A stretch of 64,000 bases of DNA, taken from assembly GCF_046119375.1 (NCBI RefSeq), contig NW_027362767.1, forward strand, positions 257,548,001 through 257,612,000, written 5' to 3'. The notes under the pieces are model-generated. The model worked only from the letters and a program-made list of their open reading frames with translations, was not told where the DNA came from and did not search any database. This document shows positions 26,630-38,873 of the stretch, piece by piece (within the stretch, counting starts at the first letter, position 1; the number at the start of each line of letters is the position of its first letter). Position numbers and translations under genes: made by a program. Source of the stretch: Phyllobates terribilis. Taxonomy: Eukaryota.

Positions 26630-26652
26630 GGTTCATTTCAGACACCCCCTGA
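26630..26652 (+). CDS. LHFPL3/4/5-like tetraspan protein, terminal coding exon (G-FISDTP-stop)
   Basis: Strong acceptor CATTTCTCTTTTTTCCAG| in unique sequence, phase compatible with exon 2. TGA at 26650-26652, followed by UTR-like sequence with ATTAAA/AATAAA. Too short for motif support. Confidence 0.7.
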
Positions 26653-26749
26653 TGACTGACATGACCGTGTGGATGAGCCACCGCTTTTGGATTTTCAGTG
26701 TTTGTCGATATCTGTGCCGATAATGTAAAAATGTTTTTTATTTTGTAAT

Positions 26750-26862
26750 ATTAAATTATTTCTTCCGTGTCGTCAGTGCACAGTGTGAATTATATCCACT
26801 GGAGTTCTGTTTTCCTCTGCTCTGTCCCACAAAGAGGCGGGGCTGCTGCAGATTTCAATAAA
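26750..26862 (+). promoter_or_regulatory. Candidate poly(A) signals of the LHFPL-like gene (ATTAAA 26750-26755; AATAAA 26857-26862)
   Basis: Hexamers 100-210 nt after the stop codon. Confidence 0.4.
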
Positions 26863-27559
26863 ATGGTAGTTCCTGTATAGAAAGAGGGCGGAGCTTAAAG
26901 GGGTTTTCCACTTCAAGAAAAGTGGATCCCAAACACTTTTGTGTACGTAAAATAATAAGAAAAGCAAGTTATCACCCTTCCCTGGTCAAATGCCGGCTTT
27001 CCACCGCTGCTCCGGTCTCAGTGTTTTGGTTGCAGCAGTCACATCATGTGGACAGTGCACTTCACCTCTGCAGCTAATCACTTAGCTCGGCAGCCCATAC
27101 TATCTGCATAGGGCTCAGTGATTGGCTGCAGCGGTGATGTGACCTGTCGCCATGATGTCACTGCTCTAGCCAAAACACTGAGACCAGATGAAAAAGGGTG
27201 GGACAGAAGGTGATGTCGGTGCCACCGCAGTGCAGGAGTCAGGACGTTCATTGCCTGTGACTGCGCCGGTTTTGGGGCTTATATTTGTTTAGGGGTTCAG
27301 GCGTGGAATTTGTATTAGTTTAGGTGGTCTGTTTTGGGGTCTGTCTACTCGGCAACAGTTATAAATTTGCTAGTACAATCCAGAGACCCGAGCTGAAAAA
27401 GGAGTTGTGGCTTATAAAAAAACCCCTCTATCCTGGGAAAGAGAAAAAGAGGGTGAAATACTGCGAAGCAGGTACATAAACTATTGACTAAGTCAGTTCC
27501 CTAACCTCGCCCCATTCTTTATATGCACCCACACAGATATATTGCTCCTGATGAGGCTC

Positions 27560-27910
27560 ATTAGTGTTCTCATACAGTATGACACTGATTTTATGGCCAC
27601 AACAGTGCCCCCACACACAGTATAATGCCCACACAGTCCCTCAATACAGTACAATCCCCCCACACCGTATGATTGCCCCCACACACATAGTAGGATGCCC
27701 ACACAGCCCCTCAACACAGTATGATTCCCACCCACACAGTGTGATGCCACCACAGACCCCCTCACGCAGTATGATGCACCCCCAATGCAGTATGATACCC
27801 GCAATACAGTATGATGCCCGCAATACAGTATGATGCCCCCCATTACAGTATGGTGCTCCAACACAGTATGATGCCCCCACAGTATTGCCCCCCAGACCAA
27901 TATAATGATT
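27560..27910. repeat. Degenerate short tandem repeat (CACACAGTATGATGCCCC-like)
   Basis: Direct reading; similar to arrays at 37310-38170. Confidence 0.7.
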
Positions 27911-28006
27911 GCCCCTACAACCACTGACAAACTATGATGGCCCTACCAGGGGAGAACACTGACAGCAGAGGGCCCTTGTGCAATCTCTCCCTACAACGAC
28001 AGATTA

Positions 28007-30780
28007 TAACCCCTGGCAAAAATTATGGAATCACCGGGCTTGGAGGATGTTCATTCAGATGTTTAATGTTGTTGAAAAAAAGCAGATCACAGACATGGCA
28101 CAAAACTAAAGTCATTTCAAATGGCAACTTTAGGGCTTTAAGAAACACTAAAAGAAATCAAGATAAAAAATGTGGTACTCAGTAGGGGTAATCTTTTTCA
28201 GACCAAGCAGAGGGAAAAAATTATGGAATCACTCAATTCTGAGGAAAAATTATGGAATCACCCTGTAAATTTTCATTTCCAAAACTAACACTTGCATCAA
28301 ATTAGATCTGCTCGTTAGTCTGCATCTAAAAAGGAGTGATCACACCTTGGAGAGCTGTTGCACCAAGTGGACTGACATGAATCATGGCTCCAACACCAGA
28401 GATGTCAATTGAAACAAAGGAGAGGATTATCAAACTCTTAAAAGAAGGTAAATCATCACGCAATGTTGCAAAAGATGTTGGTTGTTCACAGTCAGCTGTG
28501 TCTAAAATCTGGACCAAATACAAACATGGGAAGGTTGTTGAAGGCAAACATACTGGTAGACCAAGGAAGACATCAAAGCGTCAAGACCGGAAACTTAAAG
28601 CAATATGTCTCCAAAACAGGAAATGCACAACAAAACAAATGAGGAATGAATGGGAGGAAACTGGAGTCAATGTCTGTGACCGAACTGTAAGAAACCGCCT
28701 AAAGGAAATGGGATTTACATACAGAAAAGCTAAACAAAAGCCATCATTAACACCTAAACAGAAAAAAACAAGGTTACAATGGGCTAATGAAAAGCAATTG
28801 TGGACTGTGGATGACTGGATGAAAGTCATATTCAGTGATGAATCGCGAATCTGCATTGGGCAAGGTGATGATGCTGGAACTTTTGTTTGGTGCCGTTCCA
28901 ATGAGATTTATAAAGATGACTGCATGAAGAGAACATGCAAATTTCCAAAGTCATTGATGATATGTGTCTGCATGGCAGGTAAAGGCACGGGGGAGATGGC
29001 TGTCATTACATCTATCTATATAATTGTCTTATCCCGTCTGTCTGTCTGTCCAGGAAATCCCGCGTCGCTGATTGGTTCGGCCGCGGCCAATCAGCAACGC
29101 GGCATTTCACAAAAAGATGGCGGCCGTTAGCGGCTGATCTGCCGCACGGAGGTGAGCGGCGATGCAGCCGGGAGATGAAGCCGGCTGCTCGCAGCATACG
29201 TCCCCCGACCGGAGGCGCCACTGACCCCCATGCGGCTACTGTCGGGAGATCAGCGGCTACGGCCGCTTATCTCCGGACGGTAAAAGTGACGCCCCTCCCC
29301 TCTCCTCCCCTCCTCTACTCTCTCCTCCCCTCCTCTCCTCCCCTCTCCTCCTGTCCCTCCCCCTGCTCGCTCAGGACCCCGGCACTCGGCGCCATACTTA
29401 CCCCTCCCCTCTCCTCCTCTCCCCTCCCCTCTCCTCCTCTCCCCTCCCGCCCCCCGCCCCGCTCGCTCAGGACCCCGGCACCTGGCGCCATACTTACTCC
29501 TCCCCATGCCTGCGCAGCAGCTCCTGTGTCTTCCGCTGCTGCTGTGTGACGTGTCAGGTCAAAGGGCACGGTGACGTCTTTACACCGCGCTCTCTCCTGA
29601 CCGGTCACAGCGAACATGCGGGCTACGCTGGAGTCCTGAGGAGCAGCTGACAAGTGAGGTGAGTATTGGATTTTTTTATTTTTTTTTATTGTATGGGGCC
29701 ATAGGGCATTAAATGGTGGGGTGGGGAAGTGTGACATCGAGGAGGGGCCATTATAAGGGAAGGGGGATGTGACATTCTCCATGGGGCACTATGGGGGGGA
29801 TGTGACATCCTGCATGGGGTATTATATAGGGGGGATGTGACATCCTGCATGGGGCATTATAAGGGAGGGGGGGATGTCACATCCTGCATGGGGCACTATG
29901 GGGGGGATGTGACATCCTGCATGGGGTATTATAAGGGAGGGGGGCATGTCACATCCAGCATGGGGCATTATAACGGACGGGGGATGTGACATCCTGCATG
30001 GCGCATTATATGGGGGGGGGAGTCACATCCTTCATGGGGCATATTCTAGAATACCCGATGCGTTAGAATCGGGCAACCATCTAGTCTTCAATAAATACCA
30101 AAGTTTACATTGATATTTTGGACTGTTTTCTTATCCCATCAATTGAAAGGATGTTTGGGGATCATGACATCATTTTTCAAGATGATAATGCATCCTGCCA
30201 TAGAGCAAAAACTGGGAAAACATTCCTTGAAAGAAGACACATAAGGTCAATGTCATGGCCTGCAAATAGTCCAGATCTCAATCCAATGAAATCCAATTGA
30301 AAATCTTTGGTGGAAGTTGAAGAAAATGGTCCATGACAATGCTCCATCCTGCAAAGCTGATCTGGCAACTGCAATCAGAGAAAGTTGGAGCCAGATTGAT
30401 GAAGAGTACTGTTTGTCACTCATTAAGTCCATGCCTCAGAGACTGCAAGCTGTTATTAAAGCCAGAGGTGGTGCAACAAAATACTAGTGATGTATTGGAG
30501 TGTTCTTTTGTGTTTGTTTTTCATGATTCCAGAATTTTTTCCTCAGAATTGAGTGATTCCATAATTTTTTTCCCTCTGCTTGGTCGGAAAAAAATTACCC
30601 TTACTGAGTACCACATTTTTTTATCACAATTTCTTTTAGTGTTTCTTAAAGCCCTAAAGTTGCCATTTGAAATGACTTTAGTTTTGTGCCATGTCTATGA
30701 TCAGCTTCTTTTCAACAACATTAAACAACTGAATGAACATCATCCGAGCCCGGTGATTCCATAATTTTTGCCAGGGGTTG
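28007..30780 (+). mobile_element. Tc1/mariner element with long TIRs, interrupted by a Helitron
   Basis: TIR (C)AACCCCTGGCAAAAATTATGGAATCACCGGG at both ends, TA flanks. Transposase MAPTPEMSIETKERII...IFSDESR...QDDNASCH...NSPDLNP. Confidence 0.94.
29011..30084 (+). mobile_element. Non-autonomous Helitron
   Basis: 5'-TC (TCTATCTATATAA), 3'-CTAG, subterminal hairpin CCCGAT-N8-ATCGGG, inserted between A and T with no TSD. Removing it restores ATT ACA|TCT TCA ATA AAT in the transposase frame. Confidence 0.9.
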
Positions 30781-31660
30781 TACAAATAGCCATAATATTC
30801 ATATATTTACAGACACACCAATTGGTAATCTGACTGACCCTCGGATGTGCAGGTTGATGTACCATGGATGCACAAGCGGATTATTTTGTACCTGTGACAC
30901 TAATTTCAAAACCACACAAAAAGTCACGACATTGGAATAGGAAACGTGGATTTCCCATTAAAAACATTGAATGTCGGATAATACAAGGATTTTGTTTGGA
31001 ATATGCAACAAAATCTGCACAAAAGGCAATGTGAACATACACTTAAATATATCTATATATATCAAACACACACATATACCACTATGCACAAACAATACCA
31101 TTATATAGTATATGCACACACATTACTCCTATACACTGTGTACACATAATACCATTATATAGTGTACTCACATACATTACTCCTATATACTGTGTACACA
31201 TAATACCATTATATAGTGTACTCACATACATTACTCCTATATACTGTGTACACATAATACCATTATATAGTATACTCACATACATTACTGCTATATACTG
31301 TGTACACATAATACCATTATATAGTGTACTCACATACATTACTCCTATATACTGTGTACACATAATACCATTATATAGTATACTCACATACATTACTGCT
31401 ATATACTGTGTACACATAATACCATTATATAGTGTACTCACATACATTACTCTTATATACTGTGCACACATAATACTGTTATATAATGGACTCACATACA
31501 TTACTCCTATATACTGTGCACACATAATACCGTTATATATTGTACTCACATACATTACTCTTATATACTGTGCACACGTAATACTGTTATATAGTGTACT
31601 TACATACATTACTCCTATACACTGTGCACACGTAATACTGTTATATATTGTATTCACATA

Positions 31661-33291
31661 CAGTACAGACCAAAAGTTTGGACACACCTTCTCCTTTAAA
31701 GATTTTTCTGTATTTTCATGACTATGAAAGTTGTACATTCACACTGAAGGCATCAAAACTATGAATTAACACATGTGGAATTATATACTTAACAAAAAAG
31801 TGTGAAACAACTGAAAATATGTCTTATATTCTAGGTTCTTCAAAGTAGCCACCTTTTGCTTTGATGACTGCTTTGCACACTCTTGGCATTCTCTTGATGA
31901 GCTTCAAGAGGTAGTCACCGGAAATGGTTTTCACTTCACAGGTGTGCCCTGTGAGGTTCAATAAGTGAGATTTCTTGCCTTATAAATGGGGTTGGGACCA
32001 TCAGTTGTGTTGTGCAGAATTCTGGTGGATACACAGCTGATAGTCCTACTTGAATAGACTGCTAGAATTTGTATTATGGCCAGAAAAAAGCAGCTAAGTA
32101 AAGAAAAACGAGTGGCCATCATTACTTTAAGAAATGAAGGTCAGTCAGTCCGAAAAATTGGGAAAACTTTGAAAGTGTCCCCAAGTGCAGTTGCAAAAAC
32201 CATCAAGCGATACAAAGAAACTGGCTCACATGAGGACCGCCACAGGAAAGGAAGACCAAGAGTCACCTCTGCTTCTGAGGATAAGTTTATCAAAGTCACC
32301 AGCCTCAGAAATCGCAGGTTAACAGCAGCTCAGATTAGAGACCAGGTCAATGCCACACAGAGTTCTAGCAGCAGACACATCTCTACAACAACTGTTAAGA
32401 AGAGACTTTGTGCAGCAGGCCTTCATGGTAAAATAGCTGCTAGGAAACCACTGCTAAGGACAGGCAACAAGCAGAAGAGGCTTGTTTGGGCTAAAGAACA
32501 CAAGGAATGGACATTAGACCAGTGGAAATCTGTGCTTTGGTCTGATGAGTCCAAATGTGAGATCTTTGGTTCCAACCACCGTGTCTTTGTGTGACGCAGA
32601 AAAGGTGAACGGATGGACTCTACATGCCTGGTTCCCACCGTGAAGCATGGAGGAGGAGGTGTGATGGTGTGGGGGTGCTTTGCTGGTGACACTGTTGGGG
32701 ATTTATTCAAAATTGAAGGCATACTGAACCAGCATGGCTACCACAGCATCTTGCAGTGGCATGCTATTCCATCCGATTTGCATTTAGTTGGACCATCATT
32801 TATTTTTCAACAGGACAATGACCCCAAACACACCTCCAGGCTGTGTAAGGACTATTTGACCAAGAAGGAGAGTGATGGGGTGCTACGCCAGATGACCTGG
32901 CCTCCACAGTCACCAGACCTGAACCCAATCGAGATGGTTTGAGGTGAGCTGGACCGCAGAGTGAAGGCAAAAGGGCCAACAAGTGCTAAGCATCTCTGGG
33001 AACTCCTTCAAGATTGTTGGAAGACCATTTCCGGTGACTACCTCTTGAAGCTCATCAAGAGAATGCCAAGAGTGTGCAAAGCAGTCATCAAAGCAAAAGG
33101 TGGCTACTTTGAAGAACCTAGAATATAAGACATATTTTCAGTTGTTTCACACTTTTTTGTTAAGTATATAATTCCACATGTGTTAATTTATAGTTTTGAT
33201 GCCTTCAGTGTGAATGTACAATTTTCATAGTCATGAAAATACAGAAAAATCTTTAAATGAGAAGGTGTGTCCAAACTTTTGGTCTGTACTG
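31661..33291 (+). mobile_element. Full-length Tc1 element (1631 bp); transposase 32076-33128 with two in-frame stops
   Basis: Long TIRs starting CAGTACAGACCAAAAGTTTGGACACACC, TA TSD. WSDESK / QQDNDPKH / SPDLNPIE triad. TGA at 32592 and 32940. Confidence 0.96.
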
Positions 33292-34350
33292 TACATTACT
33301 CCTATATACTGTGCACACATAATACTGTTATATATTGTATTCACATACATTACTCCTATATACTGTGCACACATAATACCATTATATAGTGTACTCACAT
33401 ACATTACTCCTATACACTGCACACATAATACTGTTATATAGCGTACTCACATACATTACTCCTATATACTGTGCACACATAATACCGTTATATAGTGTAC
33501 TCACATACATTACTCCTATATACTGTGCACACATAATACCGTTATATAGTGTACTCACATACATTACTCCTATATACTGTGCACACATAATACTGTTATA
33601 TATTGTACTCACATACATTACTCCTACATACTGTGTACACATAATACCATTATATAGTGTACTTACATACATTACTCCTATATACTGTGCACACATAATA
33701 CCATTATATAGTGTACTCACATACATTACTCTTATATACTGTGCACACATAATACCATTATATAGTGTACTTACATACATTACTCCTATATACTGTGCAC
33801 ACATAATACCATTATATAGTGTACTCACATACATTACTCCTATATACTGTGCACACATAATACTGTTATATATAGTACTCACATACATTGCTCCTATATA
33901 CTGTGCACACATAATACTGTTATAAATTGTACTCACATACATTACTCCTATACACTGCACACATAATACTGTTATATAGTGTACTCAAATACATTACTCC
34001 GATATACTGTGCACACATAATACCGTTATATAGTGTGCTCACATACATTACTCCTATACACTGCACACATAATACTGTTATATAGCGTACTCACATACAT
34101 TACTCCTATATACTGTGCACACATAATACCGTTATATAGTGTACTCACATACATTACTCCTATATACTGTGCACACATAATACTGTTATATATTGTACTC
34201 ACATACATTACTCCTATACACTGCACACATAATACCATTATATAGTGTACTCAAATACATTACTCCGATATACTGTACACACATAATACCGTTATATAGT
34301 GTACTCACACACATTACTCTTATACACTGCACACATAATACTGTTATATA

Positions 34351-35989
34351 CAGTTGTGCTGAAAAGTTTACATACCCCGGCAGAATTTTTCCTCTCTTCG
34401 CCTTGTTTCAGAGAATATGAATGATAACAAAAAAACATTTTCTCCACTCATGGTTATTGGTTGGGTGAAGCCATTTATTGTCAAACTACTGTGTTTTCTC
34501 TTTTTAAATTTTAATGACAACCAAAAACATCCAAATGACCCTGATCAGAAGTTCCCATACCCCAGTTCTTAATACCGTGTATTGCCCCCTCTAACATCAA
34601 TGAGAGCTTGAAGTCTTTTGTGGTAGTTGTGGATGAGGTTCTTTATTTTCTCGGATGGTAAAGCTGCCCATTCTTCTTGCCAAAAAGCCTCCAGTTCCTG
34701 TAAATTCCTGGGCTGTCTAGCATGAACTGCGCGCTTGAGATCTCCCCAGAGTGGCTCAATGATATTGAGGTCAGGAGATTGAGATGGCCACTCCAAAACC
34801 TTCACTTTGTTCTTCTGTAGCCAATGACAGGTCGACTTGGCCTTGTGTTTTGGATCGTTGTCATGTTAGAACGTCCAAGCACATCCCATGCGCAGCTTCC
34901 GGGCTGATGAGTGCAAATTTGCCTCCAGTATTTCTGATAACGTGCTGCATTCATCTTTCCTTCAACTTTTACCAAGTTTCCTGTGCCTTTGTAGCTCACA
35001 CATCCCCAAAACATCAGCGATCCACCTCCGTGCTTTACTGTAGGAATGGTGTTCCTCTCATCATAGGCCTTGTTGACCTCTCTCCAAATGTAACATTTAT
35101 GGTTGTGGCCAAAAAGTTAAATTTTGGTCTCATCACTCCAAATTACCTTGTTCCAGAAGTTTTGAGGCTTGGCTCTGTGCAGTTTGGTGTATTGTAGGCG
35201 AGATACTTAGCGGCATTTGCGCAGTAATGCCTTTCTTCTGGCGACTCGACCATGCAGCCCATTTTTCTTCAAGTGTCTCCTTATTGTGCATCTTGAAACA
35301 GCCACACTGCTAGTTTTCAGAGAGTCCCGAATTTCACCTGATGTTATTTGTGGGTTTTTCTTTGAATTCCGAACAATTTTCCCGGCAGTTGTAGCCAAAT
35401 TTTTTGTTGGTCTACCAGACCGTGGTTTGGTTTTTACAGAGCCCCTGATTTTCCATTTGTTAATCACAGTTTGAACGCTGCTGACTGGCATTATCAATTC
35501 CTTGGATATTTTTTTGTATCCCTTTCCTGTGTTATACAGTTCAACTACCTTTTCCTGTAGATCCATTGTCAATTATTTTGCTTTCCCCATGACTCACAAT
35601 CCAGAAACGTCAGTGGCTGGATGAAAGATGCAAGAGTCTGTCTGGATCCCAGAAACTCACTCAACTTTTATGCACATACACTGATTACAAGCAAACAGGT
35701 CATAGGTGAGGATGTTACCTTTAGTAGCCATTCAAACCCATTTGTGTCAAATTCTGTGCATGTTATCAGGCCCAAATCACCAGGGTATGTGAACTTTTGA
35801 TCAGGGTCATTTGGATGTTTTTGGTTGTCATTAAGATTTAAAAAGAGAAAACACAGTAGTTTGACAATAAATGGTTTCACTCAACCAATAACCATGAGTG
35901 GAGAAAAAGCTTTTTTTGTTATCATTCATATTCTCTGAAACAAGGCCAAGAAAGAAAAATTCTGCCGGGGTACGTAAACTTTTGAGCAC
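34351..35989 (-). mobile_element. Near full-length Tc1 element, frameshifted transposase (35572-34569)
   Basis: TIR CAGTTGTGCTGAAAAGTTTACATACCCC at left; right TIR lacks its last ~5 nt. ORF pieces MTMDLQEKVVELY..., WPSQSPDLNIIEPLW. Confidence 0.94.
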
Positions 35990-37309
35990 TATAGGAGTAA
36001 TGTACTCAAATACATTACTCCTATATACTGTGCACACATAATACCGTTATATAGTGTACTCACATACATTACTCCTATACACTGCACACATAATACTATT
36101 ATATAGTGTACTCACATACATTACTCCCACGTATAGTACACACATAATACTGTTATATAGTGTACTCACATACATTACTCCTATACACTGCACACATAAT
36201 ACTGTTATATAGTGTACTCACATACATTACTCCCACGTATAGTACACACATAATACTGTTATATAGTGTACTCACATACATTACTCCTATACTCTGCACA
36301 CATAATACTATTATATAGTGTACTCACATACATTACTCTCACGTATAGTACACACGTAATACTGTTATATAATGTACTCACATACATTACTCCTATATAC
36401 TGTGCACACATAATACTATTATATAGTGTACTCACATACATTACTCCTACACACTGTGCACACATAATACCGTTATATAGTGTACTCGAATACATTACTC
36501 AAATACACTGTTCAGATATAACACCATTATATCGTGTACTTGCATACATAACTCCAATGTATTGTACACACATAATACTATTATATAGTGTACTCACATA
36601 CATTACTCCTACACACTGTGCACACATAATACCGTTATATAGTGTACTCGAATACATTACTCAAATACACTGTTCAGATATAACACCATTATATCGTGTA
36701 CTTGCATACATAACTCCAATGTATTGTACACACATAATACCGTTATATAGTGTACTCACATACATTACTCCTATACACTGTGCGCACATATACATATATT
36801 GGAAGCAATCCTGACTCCCTGGCATCCATCTATTTTTGTTAAATGCACTAAAAATAGGAAAACCATGACAAGAAGAGAACCTAATACCACCATACACATC
36901 ACAGTCTGGGCACCATGTGCAACAAATGACAGTATAAACTCTGCAGTTTATAAAACGTTCCTGCAAAACCAGAATATGTGAATAAACCCTCCCAGTATCT
37001 GACACACAAGACTCATGCCCTCCCTTACACCTTCCATATTGTATATAGTACATACACACTAACACATGCACTCACCTGGGCTGTATCTCATGCAGAGTCT
37101 CCTGGAGCAGCCAGGACCTTCCTCCCCCAACCCAGGACATTCAGCCATCACCGGGACAGAGCACAGAACAGAGGACTGTGACCCAAGCTTCCTCCTCTAC
37201 TGACCGGATCCGCAGAACCCAAATTGATGATTTCTTCCTACAACCTCTCCTCTCCCCTCCTGTGCTGACTGCCTACCTGCACACAGACACATAATACATA
37301 GGAACCTAA

Positions 37310-38456
37310 ACAAAGTATGATGTCACCACATCCCCCACACAGTATGATGCCCTCACAGCCCCCCACATAGAATGTTGATGGCCACTCACATAAAGTATAA
37401 TAGTCCCATGGCTACCCACATATTATCATGTCCATATAGGCTCGTTACACAGTATGATGGCCCCCATAACACATAGTATGATGACCTCACAGCCCCCCAC
37501 GTAGCATGATGGCCCCTCACACAATGTATAATAAATCCACGGCTCCCCACATATTATCATGTCCATATAGGCTTGTTACACAGTATGATGGCCCCCATAA
37601 CACATAGTATGATGACCTCACAGCTCCCCACGTAGCATGATGGCCCCTCACACAATGTATAATAAATCCACAGCTCCCCACATATTATCATGTCCATATC
37701 GGCCATTCATACAGTATGATGGCCCCAACAGCCCATCACACGAAGTTTAATGCCCCCACACAGTATGATGGCCCCCATAACACATAGTATGATGCCCTTA
37801 CAGCCCCACACATAGTATGATGGCCCCTCACACAAAGTATAATACTTCCACGGCTCCCCACATATTATCATGTCGATACCGGACCCTCACACAATATAAT
37901 GGCCCCCACAGTCCATCACACAAAGTTTAATTCCCCCACACAGTATGATGGCCCCCATAACACATAGTATGATGCCCTCACAGCCCCCCACATAGTATGA
38001 TGCCCCCTCACACAAAGTATAATACTCCCACGTCTCCCCATACATTATCATGTGCACACCGGCCCCTCACACAGTATGATGGCCCCCACGGCCCATCACA
38101 CAAAGTTTAATACCCCCACAAACTCCCCACACAGTATGATGCTCCCACAGTACATTACCCCAATACACAGTATAATGCCCCCAGTGCCCCCACAGTGGCC
38201 TTCATACAAGCATCCCACTTGCCTGTTCCTCAGCGCCTGAGCTGCTCTCTGCTGCCCTGTCCCATGACCTGAAGGTCCGTCCAATCTCTACATGAACGGA
38301 ATGATGTAGCAAAGATCCAAAGGATCCTGCTCCACCATTGTGTTCTACTGTGTCTGTGTCTTAAGGACAGAAACGGAGTAGAAGTTACGACATACCCCAG
38401 TGACAGCTCCCCAAATTTGGGACTGTCCTGCTGGATCTGGGACAGTTGGGAGGTAC
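37310..38456. mobile_element. Probable partial non-autonomous hAT-like element with internal degenerate tandem repeats
   Basis: CACACAGTATGATGGCCCC-type repeats at 37310-38170, ending in GGGACAGTTGGGAGGTA, which resembles hAT termini. No matching left TIR or TSD found. Confidence 0.4.
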
Positions 38457-38873
38457 AGTGGCATCTAAGAGGTTGCAAATGGGGTGCCAATGGCACTGTC
38501 ATGTCAACCAGGGGCCTACTGAAGGCCTCGGTGTCAGCCATATATGTAAATTCTTATAACTCCCATCTATAAAATAAAAAAAAAAATAACATTTTTGGTG
38601 TTGCTGCAGGCGTCAGTGTCCAAACTGACAAAATATTAGAATATTTATCCAGTATGGTGAAAGCCAAAATAAATAAAAAAATCAACATGGATTTTTTTTG
38701 CCTTCAAGAAACATGGAGTAAAAAAAAATCCGAAAGTCATACAGACCCCAAAATGGAAATGATAGATGTGAAGAGCGGCCCACCGAGACTGGGAGCATGA
38801 AAGGTCGCCGGCCTGCAGACGCACCGCCTGCGGTGTACACGTCTTGGGTTGGCATCACATGATATATGATATA

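Larger units (their letters stand above)
31080..36790. repeat. 54-bp minisatellite (CATACATTACTCCTATATACTGTGCACACATAATACCATTATATAGTGTACTCA)n split by two Tc1 insertions
   Basis: Direct reading; 18-aa periodicity in ORFs. Segments 31080-31660, 33292-34350 and 35990-36790. Confidence 0.95.

Noticed and set aside
27545-27570. CTGATGAG hammerhead-like core
   Set aside because: No downstream GAAA or stem II/III.
31082-36814. Tyr/Cys/Ile-rich ORFs (YIGVMYVSTLYNGIMCAQ)n
   Set aside because: Translation of the 54-bp minisatellite.
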